A program made the position numbers and the translations under genes. From NCBI GenBank assembly GCA_025594325.1, contig JANHCV010000002.1:62001-126000 (forward strand): a stretch of 64,000 nucleotides of DNA, in the 5' to 3' direction. The notes below the pieces were generated by a model. The model was not told the origin of the DNA and did no database searches. It saw only the letters and a list, made by a program, of their open reading frames with translations. Position 1 is the stretch's first letter. Every line of letters begins with the position of its first letter. Of the stretch, positions 1-12,009 are shown piece by piece. The stretch comes from Blastocladiella emersonii ATCC 22665 (taxonomy: Eukaryota > Fungi > Blastocladiomycota).

Positions 1-53
1 CATGGAACGCGGCCCGCGCGCACCGCCACTGACCGCAACGACCCGCCGGCACC

Positions 54-3000
54 ATGGATGACCGCCTCCCGCCCGGCCCCGGCGCACCCGCCGACAACGG
101 CGATGACCTCTTCTTCGAGGAGCCCGACGACGTGCACTCGCGCCGCGCCAGCTCGGTCGCGTCCTCGTCCTCGGCCCACTCGCGCGCGGACAGCCGCGAG
201 GGGAGCTACGACGGCAGCGACGCCGACAGCGACGGGGATGGAGATACCTCGCTCGCCTCGCTTCCGCGCGCCTCGTCGCCGGACAGCGACTACGGCGGCG
301 CGCACAACGCCGACGACGACCTCTTCTTCTTCTACCAGCCACCACCCACGCTTGGCGAACGCTCCGACTCGCCCGCGTCGTCGGCGTCGTGGACCACCGT
401 CTCGTCGCCGTCGTCCTCGTCATCATCGTCCCATACATCACCCTCAATCGCAACCGCGTCGCCCTCGCCACCCGCTTCGCCCTCGGCCGCTGCCACCTTT
501 GCCTCGCCATCGCCACCACCGATCCCGGTTCTCGCGCCACCGTACGCCTAGCCTGCTCGAACGCAGGCTCAGACTTCGCTGATCCACCACATTCTCGATA
601 GATTGAACGTGTCGCCTGCCCCCATCGACGCCGCTGCGCCATTACCGCCACGATCCGCATCCGCACCCGCACAAGTGCAGTTGCCCTCACCGGCACCTGC
701 GCCAGCAGCAACCGCACCAACAGCAGCACTACCAACAGCAGCAACACCAGCACCAGCACTAGCACCACCCGCCCAGGATACGCCCGTGTGCCGCATCTGC
801 CGCGACGAGGCCACCCCCGACATGCCCCTGCACCGCCCCTGCAAGTGCACCGGCTCCATCCAGCACGTCCACCAGGCCTGCCTGCTCGAGTGGCTTTCCC
901 GCTCGGGCAAGGACGCCTGCGAGGTGTGCGGCTGCGCCTTCACCTTCAGCCCCGTCTACCGCGCCGACATGCCGCGCATCGTCCCGCCCACCGTCGTCGT
1001 GCGCGAGATCGTGCGCTCCCTCGTCGTCCACGTCCTCCTCTACTGCCGCGTCCTCCTCGTCCTCGCCATCTGGCTCATCGCCGTGCCCTCGCTCGTCCTC
1101 TTCGTGTGGCGCCTCGCCTTCCGCTTCACCCGCGTCCGCTCGATCGCCGACAGCGCCGCCGCCTTCCCGACCTCGCGCGCCGACCTCGCCGCCTACATCA
1201 ACCTCTCGCCCCACCCGTCCGACTGGCTCCCCACCTGGCTCCCCGAGGACCTCGTCTACGGCCAGGTCCTGTGCGCCACCGCCGTGTCCATCGCCATCCT
1301 CCTCTTCCTCATCAAGGAGTGGGCCCTCGACGCCTTCCAGGTCGCCCTCGAAGCCGAGCGCCGCGCCCTCCGCGAGAAAGCGCGGGCCGACGCCGCCGCC
1401 CTGGGACGCTCCAACGCCGACGTAGCCGCCAAGCAGGCCGCCGTGGTCCGCGCCGAGGCGACCGTGGAGCGCCACGAAATCCGGGTCGCTGCGCTCCGCG
1501 ACTCGGTTGATGCACACGACGCCTCTCTGCTGCGCTCCCGCGGCCTCGTCCAAGACGCCGAGCGCCGCCTCGCCCTCGCCGGCGACGACCAGGGCACGGC
1601 TGACGTTATCAAGGCCGAACTCGATGCCGCTTTGAAGGGCAGTGAGGCAACTCTCCGCGAGGACCTCGCGAATATCAGAGAGCGCGAGCGGGAGCAGTTC
1701 GCTGCCCTCGATGCCCGCGTGGCTGCCCTTAATCTCCCCGATCTCCCACCACCAGAAGCAGCGCCGGAACCCGCCGGCGAGCCTGAGCCAGATGCGGGCC
1801 CGGCCCCCGCCGAGATCGAGGTCGAGTACGAGGACCCGTGGCAGTCTGCCGCTGCCGCCGCGGCCGCCGCACGTCCCGCCGACGTCGACGTCGACCCGCC
1901 CATCAACGTGGACGATCTCCCGCCCGCTGCGCCCGTCGTCGAACCCCCAGCGAACCCCGACAACCGCCCCGCGGCCGACGCCGGCGGCCTCGACGAGCTG
2001 CTCGGCTTCGTCGGCCCGCCCCGTGTCCTGTTCCAGGCTCTCGGCATCACCGTCGCCTCGCTCATCGCCGTCATCGGTGCGACCATCTACTTCCCGTACC
2101 TGGCCGGTCTCGCTGTTCTCGGCACGCGGCCGATCCACTTCGCCATGGTCGTCGCGTCAGCGGCGCTCCGCTCGCTCGACGTCGCCGAGCAGCTTGCCGT
2201 CGACTACCTGCACGCGCGCATCGACTGGTTCCACCCGACCGTCGCCGACGTGGTCCGCCAGCTCCGCGCCGCGCACGCGCACGCGGCCGCCCACCCGGTG
2301 CGGTACCGCGACGTGTACCTGTCGCGGCCCGTGAGCGCGATCCTCGACGAGCTCGACGTGCCCAACGTGCTGACCAACGACGAGTGGCCCATCATCGCGT
2401 TCGTCGTGCTCCTCGGCTGGGCCACGCTCGCCTCGGTCGCGGCCGCGTACTGGTTCGTGACGCGGCGCCGCTCGGTGCTCGCGCGCGTCGGCTTGCGCGT
2501 GATCAAGACCGTCGGGCGCACCATTGCCAAGACGGTCAAGCTCGTCGCGTTCACGCTCATGGAGTGGATGCTGTTCCCAGCGTACACGGGCGTGCTCCTC
2601 AACGCCTTCTCGTTCCCGCTGTTCCCGTACTCGCTCGACCAGCGGCTCGCGTTTGCCGCGCGGCAGCCGTTTGCGGCCTACTTTCTGCACTGGTTCATCG
2701 GCACCCTCAGCATGTTCCACCTCGCCAACCTGGTCGGCGCCGCGCGCGAGGTGCTGCGGCCAGGCGTCATGTGGTTCATCCGCGACCCGTCGGACCCCGA
2801 GTTCTCGCCGTACCGCGAAATCGCGGAAAAGTCGCCGCTCATCATCCTGCGCAAGTTCGCCATCTCGCTCGTCCTGTACGCCATCGTGGTCGGCGGGATC
2901 GTCGGGACCGCGACGGTCGGGCTCGTGGCGCTCGGTGTCACCCCGCTGCGCACACCCAACGTCGCCCTCACGGACGTGCCGCTCGACCTCGTGATCCTCA

Positions 3001-4457
3001 GCGCCGCGCTGCCGTGGATCGCCCGCTGGGTCCCCTGCTACGAGATGGTGCGCAAGGTCATGTGGGGGTGTTTCGTGCAGTTCGGCCGCGCGCTGCGCCT
3101 CTCGAGCTATCTGTTCGGCGGGTACCACGCCGAGGAGGTCTCCTCGGACGGTGGCGCCATCCTCCGCATGCTCCGCCCGCTCGCCCCCGTTCACGTTGCC
3201 CCGACCCACGTCAACACGACCGTCGACCCGCACCCGGTCCTCGCGGCCGCCACGGCAACGACGGGCCAGCTGGATGACGGCGGCAGCGGGCTGTACATGG
3301 TCCCGGGCGTGGACATGATGAAGATCCCGCCGAGCGGGCGCGTCGTGTACCCGGTCGACGCCGCGGGCCGGCTTCTCTCGAGCCCCGCGCACCCGCGGTT
3401 TGTGCCGCTCGCGGGCGACAAGCCCGAGAACTGGACGTTTGCGTGGCTCCCGCCTCGCTTCACGGCGCGGTGGATGGCACTCGTAGCGCTGCTCCTCGGC
3501 ACGCTCGGCGGCACGCTCATGTTCGTGATCGGGCTCCCGCTGATCGTCGGCCGCGAGCTCGTCCCGCACGCGATCCAGTACCTCGCGCTGCCCAACACCC
3601 CCGTCGACGCGATCGCGGCGCGGCTGCACGACAGCTACGCGTACCTGTTCGGCGCGCTCCTCGTCGCCACGCCGGTCCTGCTCCGGCTCGCGCTCGACGC
3701 GCTCGTGTTCGGCCCGCACGCGCGCGTGCGCTCGCGGATCGCGGTCAAGTGGGCCGTCGTCGTCGTCACGGCGGGCATCGTTCTCCCGATCGTGGTCGGC
3801 GGGATCTTCGAGGTCATGGCCGTCCTCCCGACCCGCCTCGCCTTCGAGCCGCTCGCCACGTTCGCCGACCGCGCCGAGCAGGACTCACCGCTGCGCCGGC
3901 TCGCAGTCGATTTCGTGACGGGCGCGGTCGTGGCCCAGATCCACTTTTACCTGATCGACATGCGGCCGGACCCGCCCGAGCCGGTGCGCGCCGTCAACGA
4001 CATGCTGCGGCGCGGGTGGCGCGAGCTTGACATCGACATCTACATCCACCGGCTGCTGTACCCGGGCATGGCACTCGCGCTCGCGTTCCTGTACGTCCCC
4101 GACGCGTTCAGCCGCATCATCACGGCGTGGGTCGTCCCGGGCGCCGTGGCGCGGCTCCTCGCCGCGGACCGCATCGACGACGCGCGCGCGTTTGCCGAGG
4201 CGGTGCCGCCGGCCGCGGTGATGCGCGCGGCCGCCCGCGCCCTCATCGCGTGGACCACGTTCAACCTGTTTATCGGCGCACTCCACTTCCGCCGGTTCCA
4301 GGGATGGGTCCGCCGCGTGCGCGACCGCGAGTACCTCGTCGCCCGAGTCCTGCACGACCGCCCAGCTGACCCGGCCGCGCCACTGGTCGAGGCGCAGGCG
4401 CCGGCACCGATGCCTGACGTTGTCGTCGATCCGGCCGCGATTGTGCCCGCCCAGTAG
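54..4457 (+). CDS. DOA10: ERAD E3 ubiquitin ligase Doa10/SSM4/MARCH6, 2 exons (54-541, 602-4457)
   Basis: RINGv motif CRICRDEATPDMPLHRPCKCTGSIQHVHQACLLEWL...CEVC, many TM helices and the conserved RDPSDPEFSPYREI segment. Intron 542-601 (GTACGC..CTGAT..TAG) joins the 54 ORF in frame to the 603 ORF. Confidence 0.93.
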
Positions 4458-4775
4458 CTTTAATACACAAATGTAACGCGTGACGAGCGATGCATCGACG
4501 AAAGAGGAAGGAGGGCGCTCAGCGGCCGCACGTGAGTGGCACAGCGCGTCTCGCGCCGCACGTCTCGCACGCGTGCCCCTGTCGGTTGCGCGGCCGGCAG
4601 CGCTAAAGCGTGATGTGCGCGGGAGACGGCCGTTCAGGGGGGCAACTCATTAACCGTGCGATCCGGCGAGCGAGGGCCAGCGTGCCCAGCGTGGGACCTT
4701 GGACCCGACCCGGCCTTCGCCACACCGCCCTCGCTCCCTTCTGATACTTGCAACGGATTCACTCTTGATAAAACC

Positions 4776-5921
4776 ATGGCTCAATCCGGCGTCCCTGTGG
4801 ATCAGCTGCACCAGGCCCTCGCGGCGGCCATCCCGCTCACCATCGAGGAGCGCGAGCAGCGCCTGCGCACGCTCTTCGAGTCGTTTGCGACGTTCGGCGC
4901 CTCGCGGTCGTCGCAGTCGACGCTGCTCCAGCAGCACGAGGTTCGCGGCGGACCCTCACTCATCGCGGCCTCGCCACGGACCACTCACGCCGCCCGTGTC
5001 GTGTAGCCGCTCATCGACTCTGCGCGGTTCCTCAAGTTCTTCAAGGACCTGACGCTGCTGGACGGCGCGCTGACGTCGACGTCGCTCGACCTGCACTTCA
5101 CCAAGGCGCGCGCGCACTTCAAGCGCACCGACCGCAAGCTCGACTACGAGGCGTTCCTGTACGCGTTGCAGCTCGCGGCCGTGACCAAGTTCGGCGCCGC
5201 CATGGCCGACGACGACGCCCTCGAGTGCCTCATCTCCGAGGCGTGCCGGTCGACGGCCGGCGGGCCCATTGCGCGCGCCACGGTGCCCGTCACGGACGGC
5301 GTCTACTCGAAGCTCACCGAGGGCGGCAACGGCGCGCACCAGCAGCAGCAGGCGGCCAACTACACGGTCGTCGAGTCGGGCATGGCCAAGATGCGGCTCG
5401 GCGGCGGCGGCAACGGGTCGCGGTCGGGCTCGTCGAGCAACCTGGTTGCCATGAGCGGGACCGGCAACAGGTCGCGCAGCAACCTGGGCCCGACGGCCTC
5501 CGGCGCGGGTGCGAGCGGCGGCGGGTCGCGGTCCAACCTGGCGTACCGCGCGACGGCGTCGAGCACGGCGCGCACCGCGAGCTCGCACGCGCTGACGGCG
5601 GGCGGGTCCGGGTCGCGCGGCGCGAGCATGCACAGCCTGACGGGTGGCGGCGGGAACGGCGGGTCGCGGACGAACCTGTCGCCGAAGCGCACGACGGCGG
5701 CCGCCGGTGGCAGCACGTCCAACCTCGGGACGGCCGAGTTCGCGCCGACGCAGCCCGAGATCCCGCGCGGGTCCGTCTTCGACCGGCTCACCAACCCCAA
5801 GGGATACACGGGCACCCACAAGGAGCGGTTCGACGAGGAGGGCAAGGGCCGCGGGCTTGCGGGCCGTGTTCAGGACGATATCGGCGCCAAGTCGCTCGAT
5901 CAGTTGGTCGAGCGTCGCTGA
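4776..5921 (+). CDS. TPPP: Fungal-type TPPP / p25-alpha microtubule-binding protein, 2 exons (intron 4941-5006)
   Basis: The spliced frame gives [48 protein letters not shown] (p25alpha core) and a C-terminal [31 protein letters not shown] (partial p25alpha GxGxGxxGR motif). Confidence 0.85.
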
Positions 5922-6038
5922 GCGCGACTGTGCGCACGCATGCACGGGCAAGATCGAGCGAGCGAACGGGAAGCGTAGTAGTGTGTGTTGTCAGAGTGCG
6001 TGGTGTGTATATCCTCCTTTTACAAGAACGAGAGCGGC

Positions 6039-6812
6039 TCATTGGCCGCCGGTCCCGTTGCCGCCCGGGATATTCTGCGACAACCAGGAGAGCCCCTCGA
6101 GCAGGCCCTCGCCCGTGATGGCGCACGACGGGTGCACGTACCACACGCGGTTGTTGAGCTTGTGCAGCTCGAGCTTCTCGGTCAGCAGTGCGAGCGATGC
6201 GGCTAAGGATCGGATCCGGTGTGAGATGTGCGTCGCAGGGCGCAAGCGAGGTATAGCACGTACCGCCTGGCACGTCCTGCTTGTTGGCAAAGACAAGCAG
6301 CAGCGCGTCCTTCATCTCGGGGTCGTTGATGATGCGGTGCATCTCCGCCGAGGCCTCGGCGAAGCGGTCCGGGTCGGACGAGTCGACGACAAAGATGAGG
6401 CCCTGGGTGCCGGCGTAGTAGTGCCTCCAGAGCGGGCTAGGCGTGCGTGGGGGTTGCAGTCAGTCGCCGGTGCGACGGGTGGCGGCACGAGCGGCAGCGG
6501 CAGCGTACCGGATCTTGTCCTGACCTCCCACATCCTGCAAGCGAGCGAACGCGCGCGCGTCGTCAGTCCAGGGCCCTGCACGCGGTGCGGACGAGGCGAT
6601 CGATCCCCACGCACCCACACGTTGAACTTGACGTTCTTGTAGGTGACCGACTCGACGTTGAAGCCGACGGTCGGGATGGTCTGGACGTGCTGATCGAGCT
6701 TGAGCTTGTACAGGATGGTGGTCTTGCCGGCGTTGTCGAGGCCGAGCATCAGGATGCGCATCTCCTTGCTGCTGAACAGCTTGGCGACCATCCTGGAGAA
6801 GGCGCCGCCCAT
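6039..6812 (-). CDS. ARF6: ADP-ribosylation factor, ARF6 class; 4 exons (introns 6535-6614, 6437-6508, 6203-6263)
   Basis: MGGAFSR (myristoylation Gly), [30 protein letters not shown]|[28 protein letters not shown] and NKQD. All splice phases fit. Confidence 0.93.
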
Positions 6813-7436
6813 GGTGTCGGTCGCTGCGGTCGGTAGTGGGGGAACGGGTTTGCTGGTGCGTGCGGCAGACGTTGCTGCCAGTCGGTTGCAGGGGCCTAGG
6901 CCGGGAAATGATACATGGGTTGCCTAGTCACGGGTGCGGGGAGAGAGCGCGAGCGGTTTGACTTTGACGCGGCGGGGTGGGTGGCGGCAGCGGCCACGGC
7001 CGTGGTCGGCGCTCCCTCCCTCTCTCCCCCGCACCCCACGCAAGCTCCGCGGAGCCGAGGAGCACTCCTGGAGATCGATCCGGGCTGCTCTTCGGTGCGA
7101 TATCGCGGGAATGTGTCCCAGCAGCGCGACCAGCGCGGCTCGCCGCCGCGCGACCGACCATGGACGCGTCTCGCACCCGACCCACTGCCCGCCACGGCCA
7201 CCTCGCTCGCGGATCCGGTCATGATGGCCGGCGCGGAATCAGTCGCAAGGGCACGGCTTCTGGAACGCGTCTCGTCTCGCGAATGGATGTCTCGCAGCAG
7301 TCGCGTGACCGCGTCGCGTCGCGCGCGAGACACGCGGACTTCGCGGCCACTCGAGCAGAGTTGGATCCGCGCCCGCTCTCCTCTCCTTACTTGCCGAGGC
7401 AAACCCCGTTATCCATGAAGCCCTGAACCTATCACT

Positions 7437-9085
7437 ATGCTCTTCACGCCGCTCCTCCTCGAACCGTGGGCCAACGTGGTGTGGCCGTTCGTCACCGTCG
7501 CATGCATCTACGCCATCGCGTTTGGCGCGTGGGGCGACCACTGGTCCCGCACCATCCGCGCCATGTACATGCTGGCCGAGCGGTACCCGAGTCCCGAAGC
7601 GGTGCGTCGATGGGCGATGGAGGACGGCACGGAGCGCGCGCGCTGATGGCGGCGGACCGCACGTGTAGAACCCCGTCGAGTCGGGCTACTTGCCGACCGT
7701 GGCCAACCTACTCAGCCTGTCGGTGCCGCAGGCGACGCAGCCGGCAACCACGGCGAACGCCGCCACGTCGACGGTGCTCCCGCTGCACAACCCGTCGCCC
7801 GTTGGCGGCGGAGCTCCACCCGCACCACCACCGCGCTTCCTCCCGTCTGGCCGACCCGCGATCCCGTCGCCGGCGTTGCACAAACTCGTCTCCACGTTCG
7901 TCACCCTCAAGTTCATCTGGACGGGCGCCATCGCCGCGGCCATGGTCGTCAACAAGCTGCGGCCGGGCACCATCCCGCAGCCCACGTCGCTGACCAGCTG
8001 GCCCATCATTTTGGCCATGATCATGGACGGGATCGTAATCGGGCTCTCATTCGTTGTCGCGGGCGCCATGGCCATCGGACTGTGCGTCCCTCCCCACCAC
8101 CTCGCACGGCTACGTCCAACACTCACCTCGACGCCGTGTAGGAGCCTTGTCCGCGACCGCCTCGACGCGCGGGACACGTCACTCCTGCGCGGCCTGTTCG
8201 TGATCGGCATGCTGTCGACGATCCTGACGGCGTCGCTCGACCGGTACGCGCCGCTTTGGTCGATCGGCACGCTGCTGGTCGTGCAGCGCGCGCTGAACCC
8301 GGCCATCCAGCAGGCACTCGCCTACATGGCCGCGCTCCTCACCGTGCACGGCACCCTGCGCGTCCCCGGCATGTTCCACCCGCGCACGCTGCCCGTCGTC
8401 CACGCCAAGCTGCGCTGGCTCGGTACCACGCAGAAACTCCTCGGCGGGTGGATGATGACGGTCGCGGTCCGCGAGCTCCTCGCCCTCTCGCTCGACACGT
8501 ACGTCGGGCTCTCGGGCCGGTCCGGCACCGCGGGACAGCTCACGGCCGGTCGCGGGATCACGGCGTGGGCGCTCGTCGCCGCGAGGGAGATCCCGGACGT
8601 CGTCATGGCCGGCGCCCTCGCCGCGCACGCGAGGCTGCGGCTGCCCGTGCCGTGGAACGGGGTGCGGAGCAGCAACGCCGCTGAGGTACGCTTTCCTCCC
8701 TGTTCTCGCCCCACTGGGTACTCTAACACCGCGACTCGTGTAGCGCGCCGCCCGCATCGCGGCCCGGACTCGGCCGCCTACCGGCGCGGCGGCCATCGAG
8801 ATGCAGTCGCTCGACTCGCTGGACCGGCGCGGCGTGCACCCGTGGGCCATGGACGAGGTGGCGGCGCGCGAGCCGCGGCCTGCGGGCACGTACCGGCTCG
8901 TGGTCCTGCCGGGCGACGACTGCGCGATCCCGCACCCGTACGTGTGGGGCGGCAGCGGGTGCCACCTCGCCATGGCCGAGGATGCGGGCGACCGCGCGCG
9001 CGAGGCTGAGCGGCTTGCCCGCGTGTTCCGCAAGCGGTGCGAAGGGGTCGGAGTCGGCGTCGGTGTGGGGGTAGTAGGCAGCTAA
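7437..9085 (+). CDS. Uncharacterised multi-pass membrane protein, 4 exons (introns 7602-7668, 8082-8141, 8686-8743)
   Basis: Three canonical introns join the ORF pieces in frame. Several hydrophobic segments and host-like codon usage. No family recognised. Confidence 0.65.
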
Positions 9086-9117
9086 AGGGGGGACAATGTA
9101 TTCTTCCTTCGATTACT

Positions 9118-10329
9118 CTACTCAATATTGCTCGCCGACTCGGCGGAAGCGAGCCGCGCGCGGCGCTTCTGCACGGCGACGCGTAGGCGGTCGAGCGACT
9201 TGATCGTGTCAGCCATGTCGATGCACGCGTCGGTGATGGACTGGCCGTAGACGAGGCCGTCGAGCCCCTTGTCGGCGACGAGGTCCTGGCGGCCGGCGCG
9301 GATGTTGGACTCGATCATGACCGAAGTGATGAACCTGCCCGACTCGGTCTCCTCAAGCTGGCGCGCCACCTCGGCGAGCACGATCGGCTGGCGGTTGTGG
9401 TCCTTGGACGAGTTGCCGTGCGACGCGTCGATCATGAGGTGCGGGCGCACGCCCCACTTGTGCAGGTCCGCGACGACCGCCGATACGCTCGCCTCGTCGT
9501 AGTTGGGGCCCTTGGACCCGCCGCGCAGGATCACGTGGCACGCGTCGTTGCCCGTCGTCGACACGATGGCCGACAGGCCCTGCTTGGTCACCGACAGGAA
9601 GTGGTGCGGGTTGGACGCGGCCAGGATCGCGTCGCTCGCCACCTTGACGTTGCCGTCCGTGTCGTTCTTGAACCCGACGGCCATGGACAGGCCCGAGGCC
9701 AGCTCGCGGTGAATCTGCGACGCCGTGGTGCGGGCGCCGATCGCGGACCAGCTCGACAGGTCAGCGAGGAACTGCGGCGAGATGGTGTCGAGGCACTCGC
9801 CGGCGCACGGCAGACCAATGGTCCCGTTGATGTCGACGAGCAGCTGGCGCGCGATGCGCAGGCCCTTGTTGATCTGGTACGTCCCGTCGAGATCCGGGTC
9901 GTTGATCAGGCCCTTCCACCCGACCGTGGTGCGCGGCTTCTCGAAGTAGACGCGCATCACGATGAGCAGGTCCTGGGCAGCCGTCGCCGCGTATGCGTGC
10001 AGGCGGCGGGCGTAGTCGAGCGCGGCGGCCGGGTCGTGGATCGAGCACGGGCCGACGACCACGAGCAGGCGGTCGTCGTGGCCCTTGACAACGGCCGACA
10101 CCTGCTCGCGGGCGAGCGCGACCGTGGTGGCGGCGGCCGGGGTGAGCGGGATCTCCTCGTGCAGGATCTGCGGCGGCAGCAGCGGGCGGATCTCGCGGAT
10201 GCGTGTGTTGTCGAGCTCGGACAGGGCGTCGGTCGGGATCTTGTTGGCGGCGCGGCGCAGGTGCGCGTTGCTCGGGGCCGCGGGGCGCGTCGAGTGGGTC
10301 GGGGTGGAGACGCCGTTGGTCGATGACAT
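9118..10329 (-). CDS. ARO4: DAHP synthase (phospho-2-dehydro-3-deoxyheptonate aldolase, class I, Aro3/Aro4 type), intronless
   Basis: Motifs LVVVGPCSIHD, MRVYFEKPRTTVGWKGLINDP, AIGARTTASQIHRELASG, GFKN, VILRGG, IDASHGNS and YGQSITDAC. Likely start MSSTNG at 10329; the ARO3/ARO4 distinction cannot be made here. Confidence 0.95.
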   Translation of the reverse strand: MSSTNGVSTPTHSTRPAAPSNAHLRRAANKIPTDALSELDNTRIREIRPLLPPQILHEEIPLTPAAATTVALAREQVSAVVKGHDDRLLVVVGPCSIHDPAAALDYARRLHAYAATAAQDLLIVMRVYFEKPRTTVGWKGLINDPDLDGTYQINKGLRIARQLLVDINGTIGLPCAGECLDTISPQFLADLSSWSAIGARTTASQIHRELASGLSMAVGFKNDTDGNVKVASDAILAASNPHHFLSVTKQGLSAIVSTTGNDACHVILRGGSKGPNYDEASVSAVVADLHKWGVRPHLMIDASHGNSSKDHNRQPIVLAEVARQLEETESGRFITSVMIESNIRAGRQDLVADKGLDGLVYGQSITDACIDMADTIKSLDRLRVAVQKRRARLASAESASNIE

Positions 10330-10410
10330 GGTGTTGATGCTTGGCAGAGGGATCGTTGCGTGTTGTTGGCGATGAGGAGAGGAGAGGGGAGGTCGGGGCG
10401 GCGGGCGACC

Positions 10411-10418
10411 TTTTATAG
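10411..10418 (-). promoter_or_regulatory. Putative TATA box upstream of the DAHP synthase gene
   Basis: Minus strand reads CTATAAAA, about 80 nt upstream of the ATG, in an otherwise GC-rich region. Confidence 0.5.
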
Positions 10419-10870
10419 CCGTGGGCGCGCCCCGCCCAACGCTATCGCGGCGTTCGCGGCGTGATTGCCGGCAAGGCGTGAGCTTCGGTGGGCGTGAGTC
10501 GCGCTCGAGCGCGCCAGCCAATCAGAATATTCGGCACGCGACCATTTTGCGTGCCCTCTCTCTTCCTTCCGACTTTTCCCGGGCCGCGCCGCGTCACTCG
10601 TGTCGGCGCTGCTGCAAGTGTCACGTTGGGTGCTATTCATAGGGCACGCGCGAGGGCGCGGCGATGGCCGTGGCCATGACCATGGCAGCAGTCGCCATGG
10701 GTGGCCATGGTCGCGACGGGCGGCGGCGGTGGTCGTGATCGAAGTCTCGGCGGGCGGTATTCTCCGTGACTATCATGCGGCAAGGTTGAGGTCATTTGCG
10801 AGGCGAAGCGAGGCGTGGAAACAAACAAAAAAAGTGCAAGGAATACATTACAAACAGCGAGGCCTGCAGA

Positions 10871-11336
10871 TCAGAAGCCCATGCGGGCGGTGGCGGCCTG
10901 ATACCGCACCGTGTCCTCGGGCTTGCCGGTCGGGTACTTGATCTGGTAGTCCTTTTCGCGGCGGAAGAGGAGGACCTGGGGCTCGGGGTTGTGGATCATG
11001 TAGTGTTCCCTGGACGAGCGCGGAGGGGGTCAGCGAGCGATTGGGGAGTTGGGGTGAGAGTGGGAAGAAACGGACCAGCCGAGCGACTGCTGGACGCCGA
11101 GCTCGCGCCACTCCTGCTCGGACATGAGGCGGTCCTTGGGAATGTACTTGACGAGCTCGCGGGGGACAGTGACGTGACTGCATGGACGGCGTGAGATGGG
11201 AGGTGAGCACACACGAAGTGGGACAGCGGAATGGAAGCACAACTCACCGGTACTCCCAGACGTCGTCCGAGTAGCGTGCCGAGTAGACGATCTTTTCGCG
11301 GTACGCCTCGGCGTCTCTGCGGAGGTTCGGGTCCAT
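10871..11336 (-). CDS. CKS1: Cyclin-dependent kinase regulatory subunit Cks1/Suc1, 3 exons (introns 11178-11247, 11010-11075)
   Basis: Spliced product: [66 protein letters not shown]. Confidence 0.95.
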
Positions 11337-12009
11337 GGCGATGGGCGGGTTGGGGTCGGCGGGTCGGGGTGCAAGCTAGCGGCCCACGGGCGGGTGAGCA
11401 TTCACGAAGCGGTGTGCATGGAGATTCATTGCGGCAAGTTACGTTGGAAAGCGCAGCGGTTAGAGCGGCGATGCGGGCGGGGCGGGGACAAGGAGAGCGG
11501 CGGCCGCCCCTGAGACCGCGTGGCGCGCCGCCGCTGCACGACGTGCCGATCGGTCAGGTGAGGTCACCTGCCGCGTGCGAGACGCGTTTCCCGCGCGCCG
11601 GCTGCGCGTCACGCCGCGTCGCCCGTGACGCACCGCGCTTGCGGGCCGTTAGCTGGCCGTTAGCCGGCGGCAAGGGAAGAAGAAGGACGGCGTTGGCGTT
11701 GGGTGGCACCGTGTCTCGCACTCGCGGGGAGGCGAGACGCGCCGCGCCCATCATCACGCGGTGCGCGTCAGGGGACCCGATACGCGACGCGACGCGACTT
11801 GTTCCCTCAACCGCTCGCCGCCGTGGCTTTGCGCCCGCCCCCGCCCCCGCGACCACCCGCAACGCGCTCCCGCTCCTCTGTCTGCCCTGCACCCGCACCC
11901 GCACCCACCGCCGACCTCGCTCGACCGCATCGACCGCTGCAGCGCACGACGCACGCACCCGACCACCACAACCCACCACAACCCACCACCACCCGCCACC
12001 ACCACCACC

